Origin: Camelus dromedarius
Taxonomy: Eukaryota
DNA: 64,000 nucleotides
NCBI RefSeq assembly: GCF_036321535.1
Contig: NC_087436.1
Coordinates: 82,524,001 to 82,588,000, forward strand
Reading direction: 5' to 3'
Shown here: one piece after another, positions 1 through 12,752 of the stretch
Layout: each line of letters begins with the position of its first letter
How positions within the stretch are numbered: position 1 is the stretch's first letter
The notes under the pieces: model-generated
The model's input: only the letters and a program-made list of their open reading frames with translations
Told to the model about the DNA's origin: nothing
The model's database searches: none
Made by a program: the position numbers and the translations under genes

Positions 1-392
1 GTTATTAAAAAAATGCATCTTTGTAATTTTGTCTCAAGCTTGAGATAGATCCTTGGTCTTTGTTCTAAATCAGTTATGATCTTACGTTACTATTTATAGG
101 TGGAAAAGGGATAGAAGTGGAAATAAAATCACCAATCCTATTTCTGGGAAAAACATCTTACAGTTTGTTGCAATAAAAAGGAAAGACTGTGGAGAATGGG
201 CACTCCCAGGGGTAAGCATTAAAGTTAAGTCAAATTATGTTTTAAGTTCTTTTTAATTGTTTTTCTTACTATAATGTTACTGTTTATGGATCTTTTCTAC
301 TCCATTTATTCTCCATTCCTCCCTACTTCAGTTAGTAATTCTTTTGTCATTCATCACTGCAATGAAGTGTCACTGTCAATGACAAATGTAGG

Positions 393-1570
393 CTTTTGCA
401 GAGTAAAGGAAACCATAAACAAAACAAAAAGACAACCTACAGGCTGGGAGGAAATATTTGCAAATGATGCAGCTGACAAGGGCTTAACTTCCAGAATATA
501 CAAACAGCTCATACAACACAATAACAAAAAAATAAACAACCTAATCAAAAAATGGGCAGAAGACCTAAACAGACATTTCTCCAGTGAAGACATACAGATG
601 GCCAATAGGCACATGAAAAGATGCTCAAGATCACTAATTATCAGAGAAATGCAAATCACAACTACAATGAGGTATCGCCTCACACCGATCAGAATGGCCA
701 TAATTAAAAAGTCCACAGTTGATAAATGCTGGAGGTGGTGTGGAGAAAAGGGAACCCTCCTACACTATTGGTGTTAATGTAGTTTGTTGTAGCCATTATG
801 GAAAATAGTATGCAGACCTTTTGAAAAACTGAAAGCGGAATTAACCATATGATCCAGCAATCTCACTCCTGGGCACGTGTCTGGAGGAAACTCCAATTCG
901 AACAGATATGTGCACCCCAGTGTTCATAGCAGCACTATTTACAATAGCCAAGACATGGAAGCAACCTAAATGTCCGCTGACAGATGACTGCATAAAGAAG
1001 TTGTGAGATATATATATAGAGAGAGATCTATATATGTATTTCTTTCTCTCTCTCTCTCTCTATATATATATAATATATGATGGAATATATTACTCAACCA
1101 TAGAAAAGAATGAAATAATGCCAGTTGCAGCAACATGGATGGACCTAGAGATTATCCTACTAAGTGAAGTAAGTCAGAGAAAGAATATCATATGGCATCA
1201 CTTATATGTGGAATCTAAAAAAAAAAATAATAATACAAATGAACTTACTTACAAAACACAGAGACTCAGACAGAGAAAACAAATTTATGGTTACCAAAGG
1301 GGAAACAGGAGAGGGAGAAATTGGGAGTTTGGGATTAGCAGATACAAACTACTATATATAGGATAGATAAACAAGGTCCTATTGAATATAGAACAGGGAA
1401 CTAAATTCAGTAATTTGTAACAACCTATATTGAAAAAGAATATGTATAATATATATAGCTGAATCACTATACTGTACACCAGAGACTAACACAACATTGT
1501 AAATCAATCATACTCAATAAAAAGGAGGAAAAAAAGGAAAAAAAGTTCTTGCATTTGGGAAAAAAACAAA
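393..1570 (+). mobile_element. 5'-truncated LINE-1 (ORF2 C-terminus, 3' UTR and A-rich tail) in a NUDT9 intron
   Basis: ORF 274-777 reads as L1 ORF2 C-terminus ([12 protein letters not shown]...[23 protein letters not shown]...[13 protein letters not shown]). It is followed by an L1-type 3' UTR, AATAAA and A tracts. The 11-bp target-site duplication ACAAATGTAGG lies at 382-392 and 1571-1581. Confidence 0.93.
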
Positions 1571-2319
1571 ACAAATGTAGGATAATACAACAAAGCTGTT
1601 AGAATCTGAGTCTAATTCTAAAACCCTTGGGAAAGAACATGGACTTTGGAGTTAGACCTACGCTTGTGTTCTGGCCTTTCTACTTTGAGCTGAGTGATAT
1701 GGAGTTCAGTCCTTCACTTTAAAGATAATCATATCTATTTCATAGGATTATTAGAGGGAGTGCACAAAGCACCTGGTGTATTAGATATTTATTAATGTTG
1801 GGTCCTGTCTCAGAACCCAACCCCTATTCCAAGCCCAAGAAAAGATTTTTAGTATTTTTTGGTTGAATTCTGATAACTTTAGACATAATAAAAAGATAAC
1901 TTTTATTACTTACTATTTCTTATAGTTTTTAAATTTCCATAATGTCAGGAAGAATATGCTTTTATTGAGTCCATGTCAATAGTATATTTCAAGTGGCTGT
2001 TAAAAATGTGTGTATGTTCAGTAGAGGGTTTTATATTTTATGCCATATTGTGAAATGGAGATAGTTTGATAAGAAGATGACTCTTTATACACATATTGCT
2101 ATCCCCAAGGATGGCTTTTCTTTGTAGGATAAAAATGGAATGAAAATAAAGATTACAGCTGACTGATAAAAGCTTAAGCTAATTATTAGGAGCCAAATAG
2201 TCAAATTTCACTCATGCTGAGTGCGGAATACAATAATGACATCATCATAAGATCTTATCTTTTTATTGTCATTTGTAATTCTGATCAGGGAACTGTTGTC
2301 ATTAGTATCATTTTGTGAG

Positions 2320-2770
2320 TCATTCATCTAATCAATATATATTTTGAGTATCTGTCTTTTGTCAGCTAATATTTTAGGCATTGGGGATACAACAGGGCAA
2401 CATAAACATCCCTGTCTTCTTGGTGCTCACACTCCAGTGGGGGAGACATAAGATAAATAATATAAGATAAATAAATTATATAAGATAAATAAGTTACTGT
2501 ATGTTAGAAGGTGGTAAGTATTAAGAAAAATATAAAGTAAGGAAGGGGACTGGGAAGTGTTTGAGAGTTTGCAATTTTAGATCGGGTGGTTAGAGGAAGT
2601 TTCCCTGAAAAGGTGACGTTTGAGTAAAGATCTGAAGGAGGTGAATGAGTGTACCATTGGCTATCTGGGGAAAGCATCCTGGACAGAAGTAATAGCAGGG
2701 CAGATACCTTAAGACTGAGGTATGTCTGGCACATTCCAGGAACTTTGAGGTCAGTAGGGCTGGAATTGAA
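2320..2770 (-). mobile_element. Ancient L2 LINE fragment
   Basis: Begins with CATTCATCTAATCAATATATATTTTGAGTATCT, resembling the reverse complement of an L2 3' end, then typical purine-rich L2 body. Boundaries approximate. Confidence 0.6.
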
Positions 2771-3086
2771 TAGCCAATGGGGAAAGTATCAGCTTGCTAT
2801 AGTCTTTCTTGCCTCCAGCCTTTCCTTCCATGGCTTGAGTTTGAAAAATACCAGGAAAGGAGTCTGATTGGCTCAGTTTACCATAGGCTAACCTTGGACC
2901 AGTTACTGTGGTTGAACATATGAGATACCCTTCTAGACTGCTTCTACTAGAAACAAATGATTTAGAGAAGAACACAGATGATTATGAACAGATAGAGCAA
3001 TATATGTCCACTACATCACTCAGTAAATATTTATTGATTGAATTAGAGCTTACTACTTTTTGTTTGTTTACAAAAATGTCTCTTAG

Positions 3087-3233
3087 GGGATGGTGGATCC
3101 AGGAGAGAAGATTAGTGCCACACTGAAAAGAGAATTTGGTGAGGAAGCTCTCAACTCCTTACAGAAATCCAGTGCCGAAAAGAGAGAATTAGAGGAACAA
3201 TTGCATAAACTCTTCAGCCAGGAACATCTAGTG
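3087..3233 (+). CDS. NUDT9: NUDT9 ADP-ribose pyrophosphatase, internal exon containing the Nudix box
   Basis: ttag|GGG...GTG|gtaaga, 147 nt. Translates [55 protein letters not shown] is the NUDT9 Nudix motif. Confidence 0.96.
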
Positions 3234-4377
3234 GTAAGAAATGGTGGTTCCTAAGAAGGATTTAGTCCTGTGGATTAATGAAAACTACTTAAAAGTTCAC
3301 CTGGAAATCTGGTAGATCATTTTTTGAATAAAGTGAAATACTTGTGTATTTGAAATACATACATATTCATAAGAATAAATTACATTATAGTAGATCTTCA
3401 CTGTAAATAGATGTCTATTTAAATTTTTATAGCCCAACTTTAGGTTGGTTGCATCACTTAGTATAATGTATTTTTTTCCTCTTAGTTTTTCCTTAGACTG
3501 AATGTGAGCTAATGTACCACTGAGCTCACTCATCTAACAGAAAACCTTTTCTTTTTTTTAAAAAAATGCATGAATTCAGCTTTTTTGAGAGGACATTTAC
3601 ATTTTAAATTACATTATTTAGAGTTTTTCTGGTTCCTAACCATTTAAGTCTCATGTCTATTTTGTCTGTACACCCTTTGTGATTTAAGAAATCACTTTAC
3701 AAGGTATATGTGCACGAATAATGAGGAAAAGGATACATTTTCTTTTGAATTGCTTTGTTTTCTTTCTAGAATTAGGATTTCTTAATTATTTATCTATGTT
3801 GTTTAGGTTTTGGGTCACATTTGTGTTAGATGGCTAGATCCAAATCTTTTCATGTATTAATAGCTGAAATACTAGTCTTTACTAACGTTCCTTATAGATC
3901 TTTATTTAACTAGAAGAATCTATCTTTGTGTATCTAAAACTATAATCACAGGATTATTAAAACAGAAAAATACTTAAATTATAGAGTCTTTATAAAAATT
4001 TTATGGCCCAAATATGACTATTCTCAGATTCTGAAGTTAGAGTCCAAAGTGTTGAGGGTTTTGTGGATTTTAAAGCTGCCTCAGAATGTTCATGAGAATA
4101 TTGTTCCCTTGGAATTTAAAACAAGCATATGGGATGCTACATTAAAGGTTCTATGATATTTACATTTTCTATGCGTGTTGGTAAAAAACACATAACGTAT
4201 AATTTGCCATCTTAACCATTTTTAAGTGTACAGTTGAATAACGTTAATTAAATATGCATTGTTTTGCAACAGAATATTTCTGATTCTGTTGAAGGTAAAT
4301 GCTCTGCTCTACCCATTCCTATTTTTTCCTATTTCACCCTACACTTTTTTTTTTTCTGTGCCTCCTTTTAAAAACAG

Positions 4378-4462
4378 ATATATAAGGGGTATGTTGATGA
4401 TCCTCGAAACACTGATAATGCATGGATAGAGACAGAAGCTGTGAACTACCATGATGAAACAG
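4378..4462 (+). CDS. NUDT9: NUDT9 penultimate exon
   Basis: acag|ATA...ACAG|gtaatt, 85 nt. Translates [28 protein letters not shown](G), in frame with the previous exon. Confidence 0.96.
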
Positions 4463-5559
4463 GTAATTTTACTTATGTTTATTAAGCCAACTGAATTAGA
4501 GGATCAATTTCAGTCAAGCAGCCTACTAGGGCATAATTAAATCTGGACTTTTTAGCATTTTAAGTCAATCAGCTACTGACTGTAGGATTATATTTATATG
4601 AAACCAAATTATTGATATTAAAAGAATATGTAGAAGAAAGCTTTAAAAGTGTTATCAGTAACTAATTTCCTTTAATCCACTGGTGGCATATAAAATTAAT
4701 TTTGAATTTATAGACTAAAATTATATGTCTTAAAGTTGTCAAATTGTTTATGTAGTATGAATCTATGTAAAACAAAAACAAAAGCAATTGGAGATTTGAG
4801 GATGAAGTATAGCTATGATAAAGGAAATGGGATTTATATCTGTATTACTGTTTGAAATAATTTTGAAATAAGCATGCATTATTGAAATACAAAACAATAA
4901 CAAAAAACTTACCAAGTATTGAAAAAACTTTAAAGTGAATGCTTTTTCTGGTCTACGGATTTAAAAATTTTAGGGGGGTAAGTGGGAATCAAATCTGTTA
5001 TTATAAAAGAGGGGGAATTTGCTATCTTAAAAATTAATTATGATCTTTAATTTATATACTGAATGGCTGGCTTCTTTTGAAACATTTTATTGTTAAATTG
5101 GATGATACTTTAAAATTTTGTTTCATCTGTATTGAAATGAGGGTACCATATTAGAAAACTGAATGTTCTACCCATGGCTTCTTAGTTGTGTAAATTTGTG
5201 TAAATCACTTATTCTCTTGGACTCAGTTTTTTCTTTATAAAATGGGCTGGAAGATGTGTCACTTTTATGTTCTTGTTGAACTTGGGGAAACTCCTAGCAC
5301 CAGGTTCATTATTTCTATATAAAAACTTCAGCCAAAGTATTAGGAGAATTCATCCTGGTATTGAGAACTTAGAAGAAATATTTCAGAAGGAGAAGTATGC
5401 AAATACAATTTAGAAGCAGGCCTCTACAATTTAAGTATGATAAATTTGTTAGCTATTTACTTTTGGAAAAACAATGATCCTTTAGAGGTTGATTATGTAG
5501 TGGTTCAAATCACTGTTTTCACCCTTTCATTCTCTCTCTATACTTAAAAAAAAATTTGT

Positions 5560-6560
5560 GATCTGATAATTGCAGATCTCTACCATATCTGAGTCTGATT
5601 CTGATGCTTGCTTTGTCTCTTCAGACTGTGCTTTTTGCCTTTTAGCATGAATTTAGTTATTTTGAAAGATGAACATGATGTATACAGTAAAAGGGACTGA
5701 GGCAAATAGACCTTTAGTGTGAGGTTTTATCTTTACCTGACTAGGAGTTAGGCAGTGCTTATTATTTGCCGTGACTGTGTCGTAGGCTAAAATTTCCAGC
5801 TTTGTTTTTGTTTTCTTCTCTTCTGTTATCTCTGGGTTTCCCTAGAGACTACTTAAATAAGGTCTGAGCCATGCAGTTCTTTCAGTTGTATTCCCCTGTT
5901 ATTTTATGGAAACCCTGTTGATGTAGTGGTGAGGTGTAGAGGGAGGAGAATCATAGGAGAACCCAGTGATTAAGTCTTAGTCTTTCAGTGAGCCTGTGCC
6001 CCCGGGTCTGTGACCTTTACATCTGCTTGTCAGTTTCCTCCTTCCACCCTCACACTCCTTAGGTGAGACGGAAGGCTAGCGCTGGGTATTTCCCTTCCCC
6101 CAGGCTGGTTGGGACTTGGTGAAATAGTTTTCCATAAGTGCAGAACGCTCTGGGTGTATTTCAGAATGGTTACCTTCTCCATTTCTCTGTTGGAAGCAAG
6201 TGGGAATTTTTCTCCAGTCTTCACCTGGAGGTAAAACTCATGAAAATGTGATCCACCCATCCCAAGATTGGGCCTCTAGGAGATTTTATCTCTCAATCTA
6301 GTTCACAGATCAATTTCCAAAAAGTAGTCAATTACCTTTTAAAAATTTCTACCACTGGCTGACTCCAGTGGAGGGCTTCTGTTTCCAGTAAGTTGTGATT
6401 CTCATTATTGGCCTTTCTCTCCAGTTTTCAGGGTGTCATTGTGCCCTGTGACCTCAGTTCTCTGATGGATCCAAGAAGAGTTGTTGATTTTCAGTTTGTT
6501 CAAATTTTTCATGTTTGTTAGGATAGGAGTGATGACTTCCAAGCTCTTTACATGTCAGAC
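5560..6560 (-). mobile_element. Old L1M-type LINE fragment (5'-region-like)
   Basis: Resembles degraded L1M sequence (TCTGAGTCTGATTCTGATGCTTGCTTTGTCTCTTCAGACTGTG...). No ORF; family and boundaries uncertain. Confidence 0.45.
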
Positions 6561-7423
6561 TGTAAACTTTAAACTTTTTAGAATTTTGTTTTGGGTAATT
6601 TATTAGGTAACCAGAGGGAAGGATGCTTTTCAGACATTATTAGAGCCGATAAAGAGCATATTATTGGAGGACATTGTTATTTAGATAATCAGATATTTTA
6701 ATTTAACTTTTAGATTCAGGTTTACTTTTTAATTTTTGTTCTCCATTGTCAATTGGATGTTGTAGTTGCAATGAGGATACACAAAGAGCTGTCATTTTAG
6801 CATTGAGATTTAGAAACCTATGGGCTAAAATATTAGATTCTTTTCTTTTAAGAAATAACTGTATTGTTTTATTATTTTAAGATAACCATTATAAAGATAA
6901 AGGATATGTATGTTTATAGTGAATTATTTAGAAAATAGGTGACATAAAACGGAAAAATTTTAAAGCACCAGTTATTTCATTTCCCAAAGACCACTGTTAA
7001 CATCTTGATTTAGCTTCTTCCAAATTTTGTATAGCTGTTTTTAAAATAGAAATGGGCTCACATTGTACATTCTATTTTGTTACTTGAATTTTCACTTAAA
7101 AATATATTATGGACATCTTTCTATGTCAGTTTTTATAGGTCTGCTTCACTTTTAATGACTAAATGGGAGTCCACCGCACAGCTGTCTTATTTAATCTGTG
7201 CCTTCTAGATGGAAAGTTTGGTTATATCCATATTTTTCTTTTTGATTATAAATAATATTGCTTTGAGTACTTCAATAGGTTTGTCTTTATTTCCTTAGGA
7301 TAAATCCTTTGAAGTGGAAGTGCTGAATTGTTTATTGTATCCTTAGTGCCTAGTACAGAGTTTGGTGCATAAGAGATTCTGATATTTGTTGAATGAATGC
7401 TCATCAAAGAACATTTGCTTTTT

Positions 7424-7597
7424 GCTTGTTTGTTTTTTAATATTTTGTTTGTTTTTTTAATGCAGTTTCTTTTGGGGAGAGAGTAACTAGGTTTATTTAC
7501 TTATTATTATTATTTTTTAATGAAGATACTGGCAATTGAACCCAGGACCTCGTGCATGCTAAGTTCACACTCTGCCATTGAGCTATACTTTACCCCC
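7424..7597 (-). mobile_element. tRNA-derived SINE (camelid Vic-1-like)
   Basis: Reverse-strand A/B boxes (TAGCTCAATGG; GGTTCAATTGC) and a T-rich tail. 15-bp TSD GAACATTTGCTTTTT at 7409-7423 and 7598-7612. Confidence 0.9.
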
Positions 7598-8193
7598 GAA
7601 CATTTGCTTTTTAAAAACTTGTGATTAAACATTATCAAATTGTCCTACAGAAACATGCCATTTACATTGCCAACAGTGATTGAGAGCATTTGTTTTAATT
7701 TTTGATAATTATACTGATAAATATTTTAAATAAAATGTGTTTATATGTACTTATAAATATAACTATACATATTTTATGGTTTCTGATTTGGTATCATGCT
7801 TAGAAAACTCCAGTTACGTTAAAACTATAAAATGAGTCATCAATAATTGTTTTCTTTCATTTTTTAAAATTTAAGTCTCTAATCCCTCTGAAATTTTGAT
7901 ATGAGGTTTCATGGTTATTTAATGTGAACTCTTTTCTTTTAAGGATAATAGTTCTACTTCATAAAGAGAAAAACTTTCTTACTGATTCCTCTACTTAAAA
8001 TTTAGAAACTTGGTTAAAATTTGGGCATTTAGGAAATTTGGAATATTCTAGTTTTTAATTCACTTGGCCACCTAATACAATGTTGATTTAAGATTATTTT
8101 TAGTGAGAATACTTGAAGATACAGAGTTCTGCTGAAAAAGAAATGAATATATAAATTACTTTTTCTTGACGATGTTTTCTCTTTGGTAAGCAG

Positions 8194-8372
8194 GTGAGAT
8201 AATGGATAACCTTACTCTAGAAGCTGGAGATGATGCTGGAAAAGTGAAATGGGTGGACATCAGTGATAAACTCAAGCTTTATGCTAGTCACTCTGAATTC
8301 ATCAAACTTGTGGCAGAGAAACGAGATGCGCACTGGAGTGAGGACTCTGAAACTGACTGCCATGGGTTATAG
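8194..8372 (+). CDS. NUDT9: NUDT9 last coding exon
   Basis: cag|GT GAG ATA... translates (G)[58 protein letters not shown], with TAG at 8370-8372. Phase matches the previous exon. Confidence 0.96.
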
Positions 8373-9023
8373 CTCTCCAGCTCCAGAAAAGCCAAAGGCC
8401 AGCAAAGGAGCATTGCTGAAAAGAAGGCAGATCACAGAGCTCACATGTAAAAAGGGCAGGGTAGGTCACTTGGAAATTCACTTTATTCACTTTCAAAATG
8501 ATTTGCATTTAAAAGGTTTTGCATCAGAACAAAATTAGTAAATATGGTGAAACAGAACACAGAATTTCCTGCTTCCCGGTCCAAAGAACTATACACAATT
8601 GTATTTTGTTTGTATTCTGTTTAAGCATGGCTTAAACCAAATTTAAGCAACTGATACTCTTTAAAGAATCAGAATCTGAATAATGATAAATTTCTGTTCA
8701 GCTATAACTTCTACTTTCCATGTAGTTCTTGTTTGTCAGTTGGTTTTTTTTTTTTTCCAATTGATCTTGGATCTGAAGAATGTTCTTGCCATATCAAGCT
8801 TCTTTCAGAGCAGCACCAACCACTGTTGTATAATCTGATTTATCTTTAAATTATTTGCTTCACATCTCGTTTTAAATGATCTTATTGAAACTGATTTCAA
8901 AAATGGAAACCTTATTTATTCTTGACTTTAGAGTCGGTTTTATGAGGAAATTGCAGTCACTCTTTTAGTCAATACAGATCAAGAACAGTAAACCAGCTTA
9001 TGTTCTCATTTCCAAAAATGCTG

Positions 9024-9029
9024 AATAAA
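9024..9029 (+). terminator. NUDT9: Candidate NUDT9 polyadenylation signal
   Basis: AATAAA about 650 nt downstream of the stop codon. Confidence 0.45.
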
Positions 9030-10515
9030 AAATGTGTCCAGGAAATTAGTAATTTAAATTGATATATGTACTTCACTCTGCTATAACTGTATGTGCCATA
9101 AATGAATTAAAAATATACTTTCAGAAAGGAACTGCAGTCAGACAGAAACGGAGGGAGGTCTTTTGAAGTTAAAGTGTTTTTTGTTAGAAAAGGATTATTA
9201 AGGACTGACATAGGGTTTTGAGAGACTCACTGTTAACATTGTAATTCCCAGAGGAAAGGAAAGAGTTGGTGTTCCAGGTGTTCTTGGAAGCAGGGAAGAG
9301 GAAGGACAATAGCACTGCCTTGTCTCAGTGGACATGTGTATCACATTCTAGCCAAGATATCCATTGGAAAAGTCCCATGATACTAACGCCTGTCAACCTG
9401 AGGTAGGGACTATCATAATTCCATCTTTGTTCCAGTTGGACTACAGATGGGGCATCTGAAGAAAAGGATGTTTAAGGGATAGAGATGTGGTTGTTTTCTT
9501 TTCTTCAGATACTTGTAAAAGGTATTAGGCCTGCTTTGTATCTAGAGAACAGAACAAGGGCTAAGGTAAATCAGTCTAAGGTTTTGTTTTTGTTTTTCGA
9601 TTTAGTGTCAGAATTCCTTTGGTGGTAAACTTGAACTGAACTGACAGGGGGCTTTTTTCCCCTTAGTATGACTATAAGTTTTATGGAGAAACATTAGAAT
9701 ATTTTATTTCAGGATACTGCCTCAGACCCCTCTGGAAGAGTTATTAAGGTTTATGTTCGGTATTAATTTTCTAAAATCCATAAAATCCTGGTTGTTGGGT
9801 ATATGATAAAAGACTTGTGCTTGACAAGGATGACCTGCTTATTGGGTGAAGGGTAGGATGACCTTTTCCCAGCATGTAAGAGTCTGATTCTAGTTTTACT
9901 GTTTGGCAGGAAGAAATTGCTTCTTCCTGGCACTTAATAGAATTCTCTAAAATGGAAACAGCTTACAAAAGCTTTTGACAAAGTTTAAGCAGTTGCCTAC
10001 AGCATGACATTTCCTTATGTTTTATTAGTTTTGATACTTCTAAACTGACATTAGTAAAGATGTTAATTTTTATTAAAATTTTATTTAAAGAATGACTAAA
10101 GCACATGGTCTATAGATAATAAATTTTTGTGGCATTTTCTAGTTTTCATTGGAACATTTACAAAGTATGCAAAGCGATAAAACTCCTATACCCTATAGAT
10201 AGATAGAAGTAGATAATCTTCTAAGTTTCCAGCACCATCTATAATAGAGAAAAAACAGATTAAAATTTCATTTTAAGACATTTCTGGAGGAATATCTTCT
10301 CTATCACTAGGTGATATTGCCTTCATATTTGCTTTTTAATATGTTAGATATAAAGAATATTTTGGGTTTTAAGAGATATTTAGTAGAATAAATAATAATA
10401 GCTACCATTTATTGAATATCTACATTATATCACTTAATCCTCACAACAATCCTATGAAGTTAGGTGATATTCACTTCACTGATGAAAATGATATTTTAGA
10501 AAGGTTGCCCCAAGG

Positions 10516-10994
10516 TTTATTCAATAAGCAAAAGAGCTGAGATTTGAATCCTGATCTGCCTGGTTCCTCTGACGATTGTATTCCCTACTAAAGTTATGGA
10601 GCTTTTATGATTTGTTACTTTAAGTTTGTAGTTTGGAAGATTCTGTATTACTTAAGCAGTATTCATGTTATATATGACATAAATAGTAATACATTTATGG
10701 TTTGTGACTTGAAATTTAAGGGCCACATCTGATCTGACTAGCATTGTTGAAACTGTTTGCAAAACTTTGGCCCAGAGACAATTGATATCTTAATGTAAGG
10801 ATGAGTAACTCCATCAGTGTTTGTCTTGCCAGCAGGTATTCTTGAGATTTGAAAGCATTCAAATTCAAATAGAAACAAGATGCTAAATGAAGCTAAAGAA
10901 GGCACCTAAAATTTCTAACCACTTTTAGAAGTTAAATGCTACTCTGCTTTACAGTATAAGGATTTATGGTAGTTGCTATTATTTTCTAAAGTAC
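10516..10994 (-). other. SCPPPQ1: Candidate last, untranslated exon of SCPPPQ1
   Basis: Minus-strand acceptor ttttacag|G at 10995-10996 lies 113 nt below the donor of the stop-codon exon. A minus-strand AATAAA is at 10516-10521. The 3' end is uncertain. Confidence 0.45.
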
Positions 10995-11132
10995 CTGTAA
11001 AATTATAATAAATAAATTGATTTATTTATAATTTACAGCATTTGAAGAAAGCACTTGTAATCAATTTGGTCTTGTTTACACCTACTTCAATCATATTATT
11101 AACTTACCAACATGGGCACAATCTGAGGCTAT

Positions 11133-11138
11133 TTAACT
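11133..11138 (-). CDS. SCPPPQ1: SCPPPQ1 stop-codon exon (exon 11108-11138; coding part S*)
   Basis: ttttttatcctaag|AGT TAA ATAGCC...GTTG|gtaagt. A stop in the penultimate exon is typical of P/Q-rich SCPP genes. Confidence 0.7.
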   Translation of the reverse strand, partial: S

Positions 11139-12223
11139 CTTAGGATAAAAAATATTTTAAAATGTATAATAATGCTTAAAAGATATTTGGAGATTTTACT
11201 AACCGTATATGACTTCTGACACAGTAGTAAGAGATTTATTTCTGCCAAAATAAATAATACAGATTATAGTTACTACATGAAGATATTTTTGCCATAATTT
11301 TCCTTTGCCTCCATCTTATGTCTCCCATATTATGGTTATTCAATGCCTATGTGTTTGTATTGGTAGTCATGTGTATTGGGAGGTAGATAATAATGTGGTT
11401 CTGTAATACCTAAATGCTGATAAACTGAACCATTGAACTGTCTTTTCTGCAACATAGAGCTTAAGTTCTCCTGCTTCACCCCGATGGCCTAAAAGCATTT
11501 GAAGTGGTAAGAGACACTTAATAAGCGCTTTAGGGCAATGAAATTTGTCAGAAGGAAAACTTGGGTGAAATCCAGTTTCTGTCTCAAAATTGGAATTGAG
11601 AATATTTTGATTTATCAGTGTCTCTCAAGGTAGATTAAAATAAATACATACTGTATATAATTTTAATTGACATTAATTCAGATACTTAAAAAGGGAATAT
11701 ACCTTTTCAGTCTCTCTCTCTTTTGTATATATTTTAAATGAAAGAAAACTTGGCTGAGAATCAAAATAGAAGTCTCAAGGTTTGTAGCCTTTCCATCAAG
11801 TGAGCCGATGCTTTTATGTTAAGGAGATTTGTACCCTTGCCTTGAGATCAGAACGTTTCTAGATTTGGTAGTTTCACAGCAAGCTTTTCTTACTGTTTAC
11901 TCTGAATTATTTGTAAGACAAAAATAAGCTTGAGGTAAAATTTACTGTTTGAAATTTCTTAACCTAATGCATGTATTTCTGTAAACTGAAATTTTGCCAG
12001 ATGCTATGGGCATTATGGAAAGAATACACTTTTAGACCTGCAGAAATTCTGACCTAAAGATCTTGGAGGAAACTGAGTTTATAACTCATGAGCTTTAATT
12101 TGGATAGATCAGTTGGGTTCCATTCTGCCATATGTTTTTATGGTTCAAAAGAATTATTCTTACCTTTTCTAAGATTAAATGCCATTTGCTTTTATCAATA
12201 TAATCATAGCAAAGAAGTCTTAC

Positions 12224-12235
12224 CCCAAAGAAACC
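12224..12235 (-). CDS. SCPPPQ1: SCPPPQ1 12-nt micro-exon (GFFG)
   Basis: ttttttatttttag|GGT TTC TTT GGG|gtaaga, phase 0-0. Confidence 0.8.
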
Positions 12236-12320
12236 CTAAAAATAAAAAAAATTATTAAAGTTATCTTTTGTCCATTAAGTAGGTTTGCAGTTTATAGCTT
12301 AAAAATTAATATGGACTTAC

Positions 12321-12350
12321 CCCAAGTTGGTTCAAAATAGAAATGATTAA
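12321..12350 (-). CDS. SCPPPQ1: SCPPPQ1 30-nt exon (LIISILNQLG)
   Basis: ttttcttctttcacag|TTA ATC ATT TCT ATT TTG AAC CAA CTT GGG|gtaagt, phase 0-0. Confidence 0.88.
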
Positions 12351-12630
12351 CTGTGAAAGAAGAAAAATCAATGATCAGTGATATCAATGGGTTTACTTTT
12401 TAGCTTATTTTTAACTTAGTACATATATAAGCTAAAGTATTTTCTATATGAAAATTTGTTTTTATTGAAAATTTAATTCCGTTTTACTGCTTAGTGTTTT
12501 ATTTTCACAGTGTAAGATTTTAAAGTGAATATGCAATATCTGGATTCAAATTCCCCTAATTCACAAAAATATTTTCTTTTAACTACCTTGTAACAGTATT
12601 CATTATATCTGAAATATAGAAAATTGATGT

Positions 12631-12752
12631 GGAGGGGGAGCGGATAGCTCAAATGATAGAGTGCATGCTTAGCATACACAGAGTCCTGGGTTCAATCCCT
12701 AGTATCACCTCTAAAAACAAACAAACAAATAAATAAACCTAATCAACCCCCC
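12631..12752 (+). mobile_element. tRNA-derived SINE (camelid Vic-1-like) in an SCPPPQ1 intron
   Basis: GGGGAGCGGATAGCTCAAATGATAGAG...GGGTTCAATCCC...(AAAC)n...CCTAATCAACCCCCC. TSD AATTGATGT at 12622-12630 and 12753-12761. Confidence 0.9.

Noticed and set aside
274..777. 167-aa + ORF and antisense 120-aa ORF (354-716) as host genes
   Set aside because: Both lie in a truncated L1: an ORF2 C-terminal remnant and its antisense shadow.
11458..11506. Possible + strand exon (tag|AGC...GTG|gtaaga)
   Set aside because: 49 nt with no recognisable coding content or partner exons; likely chance splice-like motifs.
12631..12710. tRNA genes (A/B-box sequences here and at 7.5, 17.1, 28.6 and 42.1 kb)
   Set aside because: They have A-rich tails, in most cases TSDs, and degenerate stems, so they are SINE heads rather than tRNAs.
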